NCBI GenBank assembly: GCA_001600695.1
Contig: BCKQ01000004.1
Location: forward strand, 783,931 to 847,930
Direction of reading: 5' to 3'
Length of the DNA stretch: 64,000 nt
Origin: Ascoidea asiatica JCM 7603
Lineage: Eukaryota; Fungi; Ascomycota
Numbering within the stretch: the stretch's first letter is position 1; each line of letters starts with the position of its first letter. Under the pieces are notes generated by a model that saw only the letters and a program-made list of their open reading frames with translations, had not been told where the DNA came from and ran no database searches. Positions 45,230-57,200 of the stretch are shown one piece after another. The position numbers were made by a program, and so were the translations under genes.

Positions 45230-46750
45230 TTAATATAAACCATTTTCAACATAATATGAAAGTAAATCAACTTTTGTAACTATATGAATTGGTTTTAAAG
45301 ATTTATCAGTAACAATTGCACAAGAATTATGTTCAAAGAATTGATCTAAATCAGATAATTTTGTATTTTCAGTAATTGATTTAAAAGATCTCTTTTTTTG
45401 TTTTAAAATATCATTTTCATCAGTTACAAAACCAGTTAATTCTCTAAAATCAAACATAACTTTTTCAATAGAATCTGATAAAACAATTTTTTTTGAAGAT
45501 AATTTACTTAATATATTACCTAAAGTAACTAAACCAACTAATTTATCATTATTTAAAACAGGAACTTGATCAAAACCATTTTTTCTTAAAATTTCAACAA
45601 CTTTAGAAACATTTTGAGATAATTGTGCAGATATAACAGTACTTAATTTTAAATCTTTAATTATTGGACTAGGATTTGATAAATTTGAAGAATTGTTATT
45701 ATTATTATTATTTGAAAACTTACTTTTAATATCTTCTTCATCTATAAATAAATGATTTAATTTCATCCAATCATCATCAATAAATTTAGTTAAATAAGAT
45801 CTAACACTATCAGGTAAAACAACAACAACAACATCATCTTCTGTTAAAGATGGAGTATCTTTAATATATTTTAAAGCAGCAGCTAAAGCACTACCAGAAG
45901 AACCACCAACTAATAAACCTTCTTGTTTTATTAATCTTCTTGCTAAATCAAAAGATTCTTTATCTTCAGTTTTATACCATTTATCAATTAAATTTCTATC
46001 TAAAGCATTTGGTACAAAATCATAACCAATACCTTCAACTTGATAAATTGGATTATCATTTGTTTCATTTAAAGATTCAGGTACAGCTAAAATTGAACCA
46101 AATGGATCAGCACCAATAATTTGAATATTTGAATCTTGTTCTTTTAAATATTTTGCAATACCAGAAATAGTACCACCAGTACCTGCACCAGCAACTAAAG
46201 CAGATATTTTACCATTAGTTTGTTTATAAATTTCATAACCAGTTGTATAATAATGAGCTAAAGGATTATTTGGATTATTATATTGATCTAAGATTACTGA
46301 ATTTTTAATTTCTTTATTTAATTTTTTTGCAACACCAATATGAGATTCAGGAGCATCCCAAGCAGCTTCAGTTGGAGTTCTTACAATTTCAGCACCTAAA
46401 GCTTTTAATACAGATACTTTTTCTTTTGACATTTTTTCAGGTAAAGTTATAATTGTTCTATAACCTTTGATAGCACCTAATAAAGCAATACCAATACCAG
46501 TATTACCAGAAGTTGGTTCAATTAAAGTATAACCATTATTTGGTATAATTGTACCAGCTTTTTCAGCTTCTTCAACCATTCTTTTTGCAATTCTATCTTT
46601 TACAGAACCTCCAGCATTAAAATATTCACATTTAACATAAATTTTTGGTTTAATATTAAATTCTTTTGGAATTGTATTTAATTGAACCATTGGAGTATTT
46701 CCAATTAAATCAAGAACATTACTTGATACATGATAATCAATTTTAGACAT
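45230..46750 (-). CDS. CYS4: Cystathionine beta-synthase (yeast type, no N-terminal heme extension)
   Basis: IGNTP, GGSVKDR (PLP Lys), PTSGNTG, GAGTGGT, C-terminal CBS pair (GFDQVPV, VTKVDLL). Confidence 0.97.
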   Translation of the reverse strand: MSKIDYHVSSNVLDLIGNTPMVQLNTIPKEFNIKPKIYVKCEYFNAGGSVKDRIAKRMVEEAEKAGTIIPNNGYTLIEPTSGNTGIGIALLGAIKGYRTIITLPEKMSKEKVSVLKALGAEIVRTPTEAAWDAPESHIGVAKKLNKEIKNSVILDQYNNPNNPLAHYYTTGYEIYKQTNGKISALVAGAGTGGTISGIAKYLKEQDSNIQIIGADPFGSILAVPESLNETNDNPIYQVEGIGYDFVPNALDRNLIDKWYKTEDKESFDLARRLIKQEGLLVGGSSGSALAAALKYIKDTPSLTEDDVVVVVLPDSVRSYLTKFIDDDWMKLNHLFIDEEDIKSKFSNNNNNNNSSNLSNPSPIIKDLKLSTVISAQLSQNVSKVVEILRKNGFDQVPVLNNDKLVGLVTLGNILSKLSSKKIVLSDSIEKVMFDFRELTGFVTDENDILKQKKRSFKSITENTKLSDLDQFFEHNSCAIVTDKSLKPIHIVTKVDLLSYYVENGLY

Positions 46751-47264
46751 TTTTTGAAATTATTAATTATATTAAGTTTTATTTGTATTAATTATAAATA
46801 GAATAATAGAATAAAAGAATAAAAGAATAAAAGAATAAAAGATAATAAATTTTGAAATTAATGAATATTTGATAGATATTTATATTTTTGAGACAATAAA
46901 ATACAATATAATATATGACTAAATTATGTTTATTGATTAATAATTAGTAATTTATAAATTAGATTATTTTTGAAAACTTCGATATAATCAATAATAATGA
47001 TAATAATAATAATAATAATTTTAATTATGAAATCATTAATTAAAATTTTAGTGATAAAAATTTGGACAATCTTCGTTTTTATTTTCATAAATTTGCAATA
47101 AAAACTCGAATATTCCCAAGATGAAATGCTCATCAGAGGGAAACTAGTCCTAGGAGTAGACAAATAGTACGCAGTGGTTTAAAACAGTACGTTTAATACT
47201 ATTCAGATGTGCTCTCAGGAAAAGTCGCCCCAATTTTGAAAATTTTCACGAAGCAGAAAAATGG

Positions 47265-47280
47265 CATTTCACGTGAAATG
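47265..47280. promoter_or_regulatory. Cbf1-type E-box inside a 16-bp perfect palindrome upstream of CYS4
   Basis: CATTTCACGTGAAATG. Confidence 0.6.
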
Positions 47281-48056
47281 GTGAGTGTTGGGACAATAAT
47301 GTCCTGGATTGTGGATTTGAATGTCCTGAAACCTATAAAAGAGAATAGATCCGTTGCGCTGGTTGTGATTTTCAAATTATACGAGGTCAAATAGCACAAG
47401 CTTTTTTACGGAAAAATAAAATAAAAGAGGGTTTCGGATTTATGCAAAGGTTATGCAGGGTTCCAACGGCAAACATAAATTACATTAATTTTAATTTGAA
47501 ATGCGGAACGAGTAACCTAATACGGTTTATAAAGTGGCGAGTGAACATTTCAAGATGCTAGGGCATGCAAGCCAAGATCTAGGGCAAGAGTATACAAATT
47601 CTGGGTCACATTGCTGTTTCCCTTCAGCCCTATTTGACGGGGTCCTTGCGGATCAACCCCTCCACCGCCATGCCGGACTTATCTCCAGAGAAATTGCCAT
47701 TCTCGACGGACTTAACCCCATAATATTATTAATAATAATAATAAGTGAAATACTTTTTTGGTTCTATTTAATTCAAGTATTTTATTTTTTAGCTAATATC
47801 TCTCGGTCATTAAGTTTGGATAAAATTTCTCAGATTTCATTAAATATTGTAAAAGACTCTGAGTAGCAAGGCAATATAGAAAATAAGAAGAAGAAAAAAC
47901 TTTATTCAATTATAATCGAAAACGAGCTTTATAAAATGAAAATCATTTATATGATTATTAATTAAGATTAAATATTATATTGAAATAAGATTCAAATAGT
48001 TATAATATCATTCATTGATAGTATTGATTTAATATATTACAATATTATCTTGAAAG

Positions 48057-49538
48057 ATGTTTGAAATTCAAATTGATAAATTTAAAAAAGAAGAAACTTC
48101 ATTGAATTATACTACAATTCAATTAGATAATTCTAATCAAATTGAATTAAATAAAGATTTAGAAAAACATTTAAAAGAAAATTTAAGATCTAATTTAAAT
48201 GGAAATTTTGATGTACCAGATGGTGGATATGGATGGATAGTTGTAATTGCAGTTCATTTAGGTGCTTTTATAACATGGGGATCAAATTCTGCTTTTGCAG
48301 TATATTTAGCATATTATTTAAATAATAATATTTATAAAAATTCAACAAAATTAGATTTTGCAACAATTGGTGGTTTAGCTTTTGGATCTGGAGTAATTTT
48401 TGCACCTTTTATAACATATTTTTCTGGTTTATTAGGTTATAAAATTATTATATTTATTGGATCTATATTACAATTTATTGGAATGTTTTTAGCAAGTTTT
48501 TCATCACATAATAAAATTTGGCAATTATTTTTAACTCAAGGTTTACTTCAAGGTATTTCTCTTGCTTGTATATATTGTCCAATAATTACAATCATACCAC
48601 AATGGTTTAAAAAAAAAAGAACAATGGCAACTGGATTTGTTGCAAGTGGTGCAGGTATTGGAGGTATTTATTTTGCTTTAACTTCAGGTAAAATTATAAA
48701 TTCGTTAGGTATTAGATGGGCACAAAGAATTCAAGCAATAATTTGTTTATTTATTTCAATAATAATTTTATTATTAATTAAAGATAGATCAAAAAAAATT
48801 AAACCAGAAATTAAAATTATTGATATTGAAGTTATAAGAAATAAAGGATTTTGGATTTTAATTTTTTTTATAATTTGTTGTATTCTTGCTTATGTTACTG
48901 TTCAATATCTTATAAGTGATTTCACAGAATCTTTAGGTTATTCAAGTCATCAAGGTTCAATATCTTCAACAATGATTGGAGTTGGAGCATTATTTTTTAG
49001 ACCAACTTTAGGAATCTTAGGTGATATTTATGGTCCAGTAACAATTGGATCAATTTGTTATTTAATTTGTTCAATATTATGTTTTACATTATGGTTATTA
49101 GGTAAAAATTATGCATCAGCTTTAACACTTGGTATATTCTTAGGTGGTTTCATGGGTTATATATGGACATCAATTGGTTCAATAATTTCAAAAGTTGTAG
49201 GATTAAAAAAATTAAATGTAACTTTTGGAATGATTTGGATTTTTATTGGAAGTTTTGGTATAATATCTTGTATTTTTGGAGTTTTATTAAAAGGGAAAAG
49301 TAAAATTTCAAATAATTATATAAATGATAATGCTTATGTACATCCTGCAATATTTGCAGGATCTCTTTTCTTTGGAGCTTTTCTTTTTTTATTATTATTA
49401 AGAGGTTATTTAATTGCAAGAGATAAATTAACTGAAGTTGATGTAGATTCTGATTATGGTAATGAACTGACTTTAAAAGTATCTTGGCTCTCAATTATTA
49501 AACATCTTTTTGTCTTCAAAACTTCAGTATTGATCTAA
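48057..49538 (+). CDS. MFS monocarboxylate-porter (MCT/Mch-like) transporter
   Basis: VPDGGYGW, LFLTQG, PQWFKKKR; paralog of the 19358 and 2697 copies. Confidence 0.92.
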   Translation: MFEIQIDKFKKEETSLNYTTIQLDNSNQIELNKDLEKHLKENLRSNLNGNFDVPDGGYGWIVVIAVHLGAFITWGSNSAFAVYLAYYLNNNIYKNSTKLDFATIGGLAFGSGVIFAPFITYFSGLLGYKIIIFIGSILQFIGMFLASFSSHNKIWQLFLTQGLLQGISLACIYCPIITIIPQWFKKKRTMATGFVASGAGIGGIYFALTSGKIINSLGIRWAQRIQAIICLFISIIILLLIKDRSKKIKPEIKIIDIEVIRNKGFWILIFFIICCILAYVTVQYLISDFTESLGYSSHQGSISSTMIGVGALFFRPTLGILGDIYGPVTIGSICYLICSILCFTLWLLGKNYASALTLGIFLGGFMGYIWTSIGSIISKVVGLKKLNVTFGMIWIFIGSFGIISCIFGVLLKGKSKISNNYINDNAYVHPAIFAGSLFFGAFLFLLLLRGYLIARDKLTEVDVDSDYGNELTLKVSWLSIIKHLFVFKTSVLI

Positions 49539-49647
49539 AATAACTTAACTCATTCATATTCATATTCATATTCTTATTCTTATTCTTATTTATATCACTT
49601 CTCTTTTATATTCTAATCAAATGGCATTTATTCATTCAGCATTATCA

Positions 49648-49678
<31 letters not shown>

Positions 49679-49936
49679 ATTCATTAATTTACTTTTTGTA
49701 TGGCGTTTGTTTACAAACAAAGCCAGTGAAGAAGACCCGAAATAATGGTCTCATTTCTTTTTCGTGTTTTGATTCCAATAAAAAAAAAAAAGGTCAACGA
49801 GAAACGAAAAGAAATGAAAAGAAATGAAATGAAAAGAAACGATGGAAATGAATTATAGAAATAGAAATAGAAGTAGAAGTAGAAGTAGAAGAAGAAGAAG
49901 AAGTGAATAGAGAGTCAATACATTTACTTTGGAAGG

Positions 49937-52147
49937 ATGTCCTTGCCTCAAGATGAAAATCATGATAGTTCCTTTGATGATATAGAAGGCAATGACTTCG
50001 ATGATAGCGATGACGATATGCTAATTCAGGCTACTTTAAGACCTGCAACTCAAACAAATGATGATGATTTACAATACTACTCCCAAAACTTCAATTTAAA
50101 TAATGAAAAAGATAATTCAAATGATAATTCAAATGATAAACTTCAAGAATATAAAAATGAATTATATTCTACAAAAGGTGAATTATCAATACTTCGATCT
50201 AATTTTGAGAAAAATAATTTTGAAAATAATAAAAAAATAAATGATTTAACTTTAGAAAATCAAAATATTTTAAAAGAGAAAAATAATGAAATTATAAATT
50301 TAAAAGAATTAGTTAGAAGATTAGAAAATGATAATAGATTAAATGAAGCAACTGCAAGAAACTTATCATATTCAAGAAAATTAAATAAAAAAAGAAAAAT
50401 AACTTCAAATAGTTCAAATTTAAGTTCTCAGGAAATTGAATTGAAAAAAGAAAATCATTCATCAAATTCCAATAATATTATTAATGATCCAATGCAATTA
50501 ACAGATAATGATTATGAAATTTTGAATTCAATGATATTACAAGATGAAATTGATATAAATGATAATAAAATTCAAATTGAGAATGAAAATAATGATGAAA
50601 ATAAAGATGTGAATGAAATTGAGATTGAAAATGAAATCGATTTCTGTTCACTTTCAATAAAATTATCACAATCTTTTAATGAATTCAATTCAAATAATAT
50701 AATTAATGAATTTATTGATTTTATTTCTCAAGAATCAATTCCAGGTTCTTTTAAAATATTTTATTTTTTATCAAAAATTGGTATTTCATTTAATTATAAT
50801 TTTAATAATTTTAAAATTAAAAAATTTAATCAATCTTTTACATCTGCTTTTCAAAATTTTTTTAATGATTATAAAAAAATTTTATCATTTAATGAATTTT
50901 TTATAAAATTTATTTCAATATTATTAAATTTAATTAATAATTTAATTAATATTAATCATTTATATTTACCAATACCATTTTTATTAGCTTTATTAAATTC
51001 TTCTTTTCAATTTAATAATGAATATCAAAAATTTTATAATTTAAATAAAATTTTATTAAAAGAAATTTTTGAAAATTCATTAAAAAAAATTAATCAATTT
51101 TTAAAAATTTATAAAAATTTAATTTCAATTGAAATTAATTCAATAAATGAAAATGATTTTTTTAAAAAAAATTTAAGATTAATGAATTTACAAACAGAAC
51201 ATTTACAAAATTTAATTTTAATTTATTTATTTGATAATTTAGAAACTTTATTTCAATTTTTAAATATTTTTGATGATGATTTATATACTTTTAAAATTTG
51301 GAAATTATATGAAGATAATGATGAATTAAATTTAATTTCAATTTCAGAAATTTATAAATTTCCAATAAATTCAATTTTTAATATTATTCAAATTTTATCA
51401 AATTCAATCACAGAAATTTCATTTTATAATTTTAAATTTAATCAAAGTAAAAAAAATTTTAATAATAATAAATCAAAAAAAATTGATTATAAAATTTTAT
51501 TTTTTTTAATAAAATTATTAAATTTAGATTATTCAAATAATTGGAATTATAATTATTATAGTTTAAATAGAATTATTGGAAATAATGATAATATTCAAAT
51601 ACTTAATGAAATGGTGATAAATGAAGAAATTAATGAATTATTTGGTTCTATAAGTATAATAAATAATTTACATAAAAATGATCAAGATTTCAATGATAAT
51701 GAAGATGTTGAAAGGGAAATTGAAAATGAAATTGAAAATGAAATTGATGGAACAAATTCTGGACTTATACTTGTACCATTACCTTCAAAAACATTAATTA
51801 AAAAAATTAAGAAAAATAAAAAAGAAGAATTAAATTCATTTGAAATAAATTCAAAGTTATTAGAACCTTCAAATGGAGATGAAAATAGAAATAATCATTT
51901 ATTAAATATAAAATTGAATATAATTGAATTAATTGAGAATTATTTAATATTTAATGGAATTGAAACATCATCATTATTAAGTAATTCAGGATTATTAAAA
52001 CAATTAATTAATGTTATTGGATATTTTCAAAGTTTAATTATAAAACATTCAAGATCTAAATTAATTTATTTAAGAATTGAAATTGTTTCAAAATTAATTA
52101 GAATAATTTATATGATTTGGAAAAAAAGTTATGATTTATCAATAATT

Positions 52148-52186
<39 letters not shown>

Positions 52187-52567
52187 TATATAATAAATAA
52201 ATTATCAAAAGGATCAAAACATGAATTATTAATAATTTTATCAAGAATTGTATATTGTTTATCAACAAATTTAGCAAATGAACATAAATTATTTATGAAT
52301 GAATTAAGAAAGAAATATGAATATGAAGAATATATTTTTAATAAAAATGTTGAAGAAAGATCAAGAGAATTAAGAAATATTGAGAATTTTAAAATTGATA
52401 AAAAAAAAGAAATTTTATATTTAAATGATTTAATAATTCCAAATGGATTAGAAATTTCATATGATGATGAAACAAGAGATTATTCAGAAGAAATTTTACA
52501 AAATATTTTAACTATAGAAGAATGTGATAATATTTATTATTCAATGAATGAAATTGAAATTGAATAG
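49937..52567 (+). CDS. LCD1: DNA damage checkpoint protein Lcd1/Ddc2 (ATRIP/Rad26)-like
   Basis: Acidic N-terminal DDSDDDML..RP.TQ, KGELSILR leading into a coiled coil, KKRK basic motif, then a helical remainder. Confidence 0.7.
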
Positions 52568-52606
52568 GAGGTAATTGATTAATTAAAGAAGTAATTAAAG
52601 AAGTAA

Positions 52607-53584
52607 TTAAAAAATGAATGGAAAAATAATTTTTCTATTTTTTGGATATTTATTACCAAATTCTTTTAAATATCTTTTATGTTTTTTAATTGCCCATAAA
52701 ATCATTTGAATTGAACTAATTAATAAGAAAATAAGTGAGAATAAATTTAAATTAATTAAGAAATAAAAAAACCAAGATAAAATTTCAAAGAAATAATTTG
52801 GACATGAGATTAAATTAAAACCAAAACCAAATGGAATTTTATGATTTTTTGAACCATCATTTCTTAAAGAAGATAAATTTAAATGTGTTAAAAAATTTGA
52901 AAATTCAGAAAAAAACCAAAATATAATAAATAAAATTAAATAATTTGAATTTATTAAATTATTATTTGTATAAAATAAAGTTTTTAATATAAAAAAAGAT
53001 TTTAAATTTGAATAATTTTGAATTTGAAAATAATTTGGAGAATAATTATAAATGAAAAAAGATAAATTAAAACCAGATAAGATCCAATAATGAGAAGAAT
53101 TTTTAAATAAATTTAATAATGGCATTGTACCTAAAGAAAATTTATGTATAAATATAGATTCAAATTCTCTTTTTAAAAAATGAATAATTATTAAAATAAA
53201 AGAAATTGATTGAATTTTAGAAAAATTATTATTTTTATTTAAAAAAAAATAAAAAATTGGATGAATTATTAATGGACCAAGATATTCTAAAATAAATACA
53301 GTTCTCCAATTAATTTGAGGACCTAAATCTTTAATAAATAAAATTATTGAATTTTGAGAATTTTTAATAATTTTAAAATTTTGATTATTAATTGAATTAT
53401 TATAATCTAATGGAATTTGTTTTGCATTTGATGATTCTTTATAAGTTAAACGTAATCTTGTTGGTGAAATTTTATTTGCTTTTGCAATTGAATTAACTAA
53501 ATTTTGAATAGGTTTTTCAGTATCAAAAGAAGAAGCAAATTCTTTAAGATTTCTTGAACGAGGTTTCACAATTACAAAAGTCAT
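52607..53584 (-). CDS. TSC13: Very-long-chain enoyl-CoA reductase
   Basis: KDLGPQINWRTVFILEYLGP, HFLKREFES.F.HKFS..TMP..NLFKN..HYW, SCPNYFFE. Confidence 0.96.
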   Translation of the reverse strand: MTFVIVKPRSRNLKEFASSFDTEKPIQNLVNSIAKANKISPTRLRLTYKESSNAKQIPLDYNNSINNQNFKIIKNSQNSIILFIKDLGPQINWRTVFILEYLGPLIIHPIFYFFLNKNNNFSKIQSISFILIIIHFLKREFESIFIHKFSLGTMPLLNLFKNSSHYWILSGFNLSFFIYNYSPNYFQIQNYSNLKSFFILKTLFYTNNNLINSNYLILFIIFWFFSEFSNFLTHLNLSSLRNDGSKNHKIPFGFGFNLISCPNYFFEILSWFFYFLINLNLFSLIFLLISSIQMILWAIKKHKRYLKEFGNKYPKNRKIIFPFIF

Positions 53585-54111
53585 TTCTGGTATGATTACT
53601 TCGAGATGGATTGATTTAATTGAATTATTACACTAATGATAATAATATTAATTCTTATTTCTTTCTTATTTCTTTCTTATTTCTTTCTTTATATTACAAA
53701 CCAGTAAACAGTCAGTAAACAGTCAGTAAACATTCAATAAACATTTTTATTTCATTTCATTGACCATTGAAAAGCAAAAGAATTTAAAAGAAAATATCAA
53801 AATATATTGCGGTCACGTGCGATTATGTAATTACCGACACCAAATACAAGTGAGACCACTTCTGCGGATCTTCTTCATTTCAAACCCCGGGCGAACAGTT
53901 CACAAACACTTTTTCTGCTAGCGAACAGTTAACGAACACCAAACCCGAGGTCAGGTCACGCGACCGGCTCTGTTTCTGCCGGGTGCTGCCCCGGAACGCC
54001 TGTTTCTGCTCTGTTTTCACGAATGAAAAATATCTGACGAGAATCACAAACAAAAAAAAAACAAAGCAAAAAAAAAGAGGAAAATCGAAGAAGGCAAAAC
54101 AATTTCAAATC

Positions 54112-54143
<32 letters not shown>

Positions 54144-54286
54144 ACAATATCAATGAAGATAATAATTATAATCAATTGATTAAAGAATATATAAACAAAT
54201 AGCCAATTGATACTTTCATTACTTTGCTGCTTTGATAACTGGACATGGAGATTCATCAGCGATATTTCTAAAGAGAAAATAATAAT

Positions 54287-57200
54287 ATGCTACGTTTTTG
54301 TTTTTATAAACCTTCATTAAGCAGAATACGATATTTATCATCTACAAATATACCTCTAATCAATAATAAAAGCAATAATGATTACAATAAATCATCAACT
54401 TCTTCTTCTTCCTCGTCATCTTCCTCGTCATCTTCCTCGTCCTCCTCTCCTTTGTCTTCTGAGAATTCAAATTCAAATTCAAATTCAAATATAAATTCAA
54501 ATTCAAATTCAAATATAAATATAAATATAAATTATAATAAAGTTATAAATCATGAAATAATACCAACTAATTTATTATTAATAACTCCAATTAATAAAGA
54601 TCTTAAAATTGATCAATTTTTAAATAATTATTATAAAAATCAATATAATTTAATTAATAATAATTTAAAAAAAAATGAAATAGAAATTTTATTTAATTTC
54701 TTAAATTTAATTAAAAAATTACATAAATTATTACTACTCAAAGAATTAAATAAACAAAAAGTTAAAAATATAAATATAGATATTGATAAAGAAATAAATA
54801 TAAATGTAAATCAATTGAATACAATCTGGAAATTACAATCACAATCACAATCACAATCACAAAATATCTCATTGAATTTTAAAAAAAATTTAAATTTATA
54901 TAATTTATTATTTTTTTGTATTTTAAGAGATACTAAAAATTGGAATTTATTATTAACTTATCTCAATGATTTTTCAATTAATACTTTATCAAATAATAAC
55001 ATTAACAATAATATTAACAATAATATTAACAATAATATTAATATATTTTTTATAAAATCTCAATTATTATTAAATTTTAATAAATTTATACAATTTGAAT
55101 CTTTAATTAATTATATTTTAACAACTTTAAATTCAAATTCAAAATTAATTTTTTATAATTCAATATTTTATTATATTTTTCAAATTTTACCATATTCTCA
55201 TAATTATTCTAAAGATTATCTTTTAAATAAATTACAATTCTCTTTAAAACTTTGGTTAACTTTAACTTTAAATATATTTCCAAATTTTAATTTTAATTTA
55301 AATTCAAATTCAAATTCAAATAATTCAAATAAATATAGTAAACCATATTTTTTATTAAAATATATTTTATTTCCATATTATAATGAAAAAAATCAAATTT
55401 ATAAAAATTTAAATATTAATATAATTTTAAAAATTTTACCAATTTTAAAAAATTCAATAGAAAATAAAATTTCTCAATCTTCAAATAGATTCTCAAAAAT
55501 TTTAACATATTTAATTTATTTTTTTAGAAATGAAAATCAATATTATTTAGTTTTAAAATTATGGAATTTTAAAAAAAAAAATTTAATAATTATTAATAAA
55601 AAAGATATTGAAATTATTATGTCAACTTATAATAAAATTTCAAATTTTAATAAAGTTATAAATTTAAAAAAAAATTATATAAATTTAATTGATTCAAATC
55701 ATTTTAATAGTTTATTATTTGCTTATGGTAAATTAAATCAATGGAATAATTTACAAAATCAATTTGAATTATTTTTTCAACAAGGTAATATTCCAAATGT
55801 TTATCAATTTAATACTGTAATGAATTTTTTATCAAATAGAGGTGAATCTCAAGCTGTTGAAAAATTATATTTTCAAATGATTGAAAGAGGTTTAAAACCA
55901 AATTTAAATACTTTTAATTCTTTAATGAAATCAAATTTAATTTTTGGTGATTATAATAAAGTTTTATATTGGTCAACAGAATGTGAATATAATAAAATTT
56001 CTTTAAATAATATTTCTTATATATTTATTTTTCAATCTTTAGGTAATATGAAAGATATAAAAAATTTAATTTATTCATTAGATTTATTAATTTTAAATTA
56101 TAAAAAAAAAAATTTAAAAATTGATAATAAATTATTCTCAATTATTTTCTCAACTTGTAAAGATTTAAATAATCCAAGACTTGCAGAAAAAATTTTTAAA
56201 AAATTAATTTTAAATAAAATTAAAATTGATAGTATTTTATTAAGTTCATTAATGAATGTTTATAATGATTCAAGAGAATTTAAGAATTGTAATTTAATTT
56301 TTAAAAAATATTATAAAATTAAAAATTTTAAAATTGGTATTGAAATGATTAATCAATTAATAATTTCAAATAGTAAAAATAAAAATTTTAATAAAATTTC
56401 TGAAATTTATAAAATTATGAATGATAATAAAATTTCTCCAGATTCTTATTGGTATGCAGTTATGATTGAATTTTTTTGTCTTTCAAAAGATTTTAAATCT
56501 GCTCAAATGATTATAAATAAATTAATTGAAGAAAAAGAAAAAAGAGATATTGAAATAAGTCAAGAATTATCTGAAGAAAATGATAATAATAATAATGATA
56601 ATGATTTAGAAGAAAATGAGAATGAATTTTTAAAAAATAATGAAATTTATAAAAAAATTGTTAAAATTGATAGTATTCATTATGATAAATTAATTTTTGG
56701 TTTTATAAATGCAAGTAAATATAAAGAAGCTATAGATACATTTCAAAATATGTTAGATAATGAAATTGAACCAAGTTTATTAACTTATAGAATGTTATTA
56801 AAAGCTTTAATTAAAAAAAGTATAAGAGATAAAGATAATTTTGAATCTTCAACAATTGTTTTAAAAAATTTAATAATTGCAAAGAAAAAAAATAAAATTA
56901 TACCACCAAAAAAAGAATTTACATTTTTATTAAATAGATATATAAATTCAATAAGTCAAATTAATACAAAAATTTCAAGAGAAATTTTAATTGAATATTT
57001 AGAAATTATTGGTATAAAAAATGAAGATTTAAATGATAAAATTGGTAAAAATAATTTAATTTTAAGTAAAAATTTAAATTTAATTAAAAATTTAATAATA
57101 ATTTATGGAGAAGAAGAAAATTATTTAAAAGTTGAATATTATTTTAATATTTTTCTTAAATATATTTTTAAAAGAATTAAAAAAAATTTTAATTATAATT

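Noticed and set aside
47265-47400. Point centromere (CDEI-like TCACGTG)
   Set aside because: No AT-rich CDEII followed by a CDEIII. The motif recurs at many promoters and fits Cbf1 control of a sulfur gene.
8035-53584. Possible lipid/isoprenoid cluster (ACP1, ERG13, RAM1, TSC13)
   Set aside because: Spread over 45 kb among unrelated housekeeping genes.
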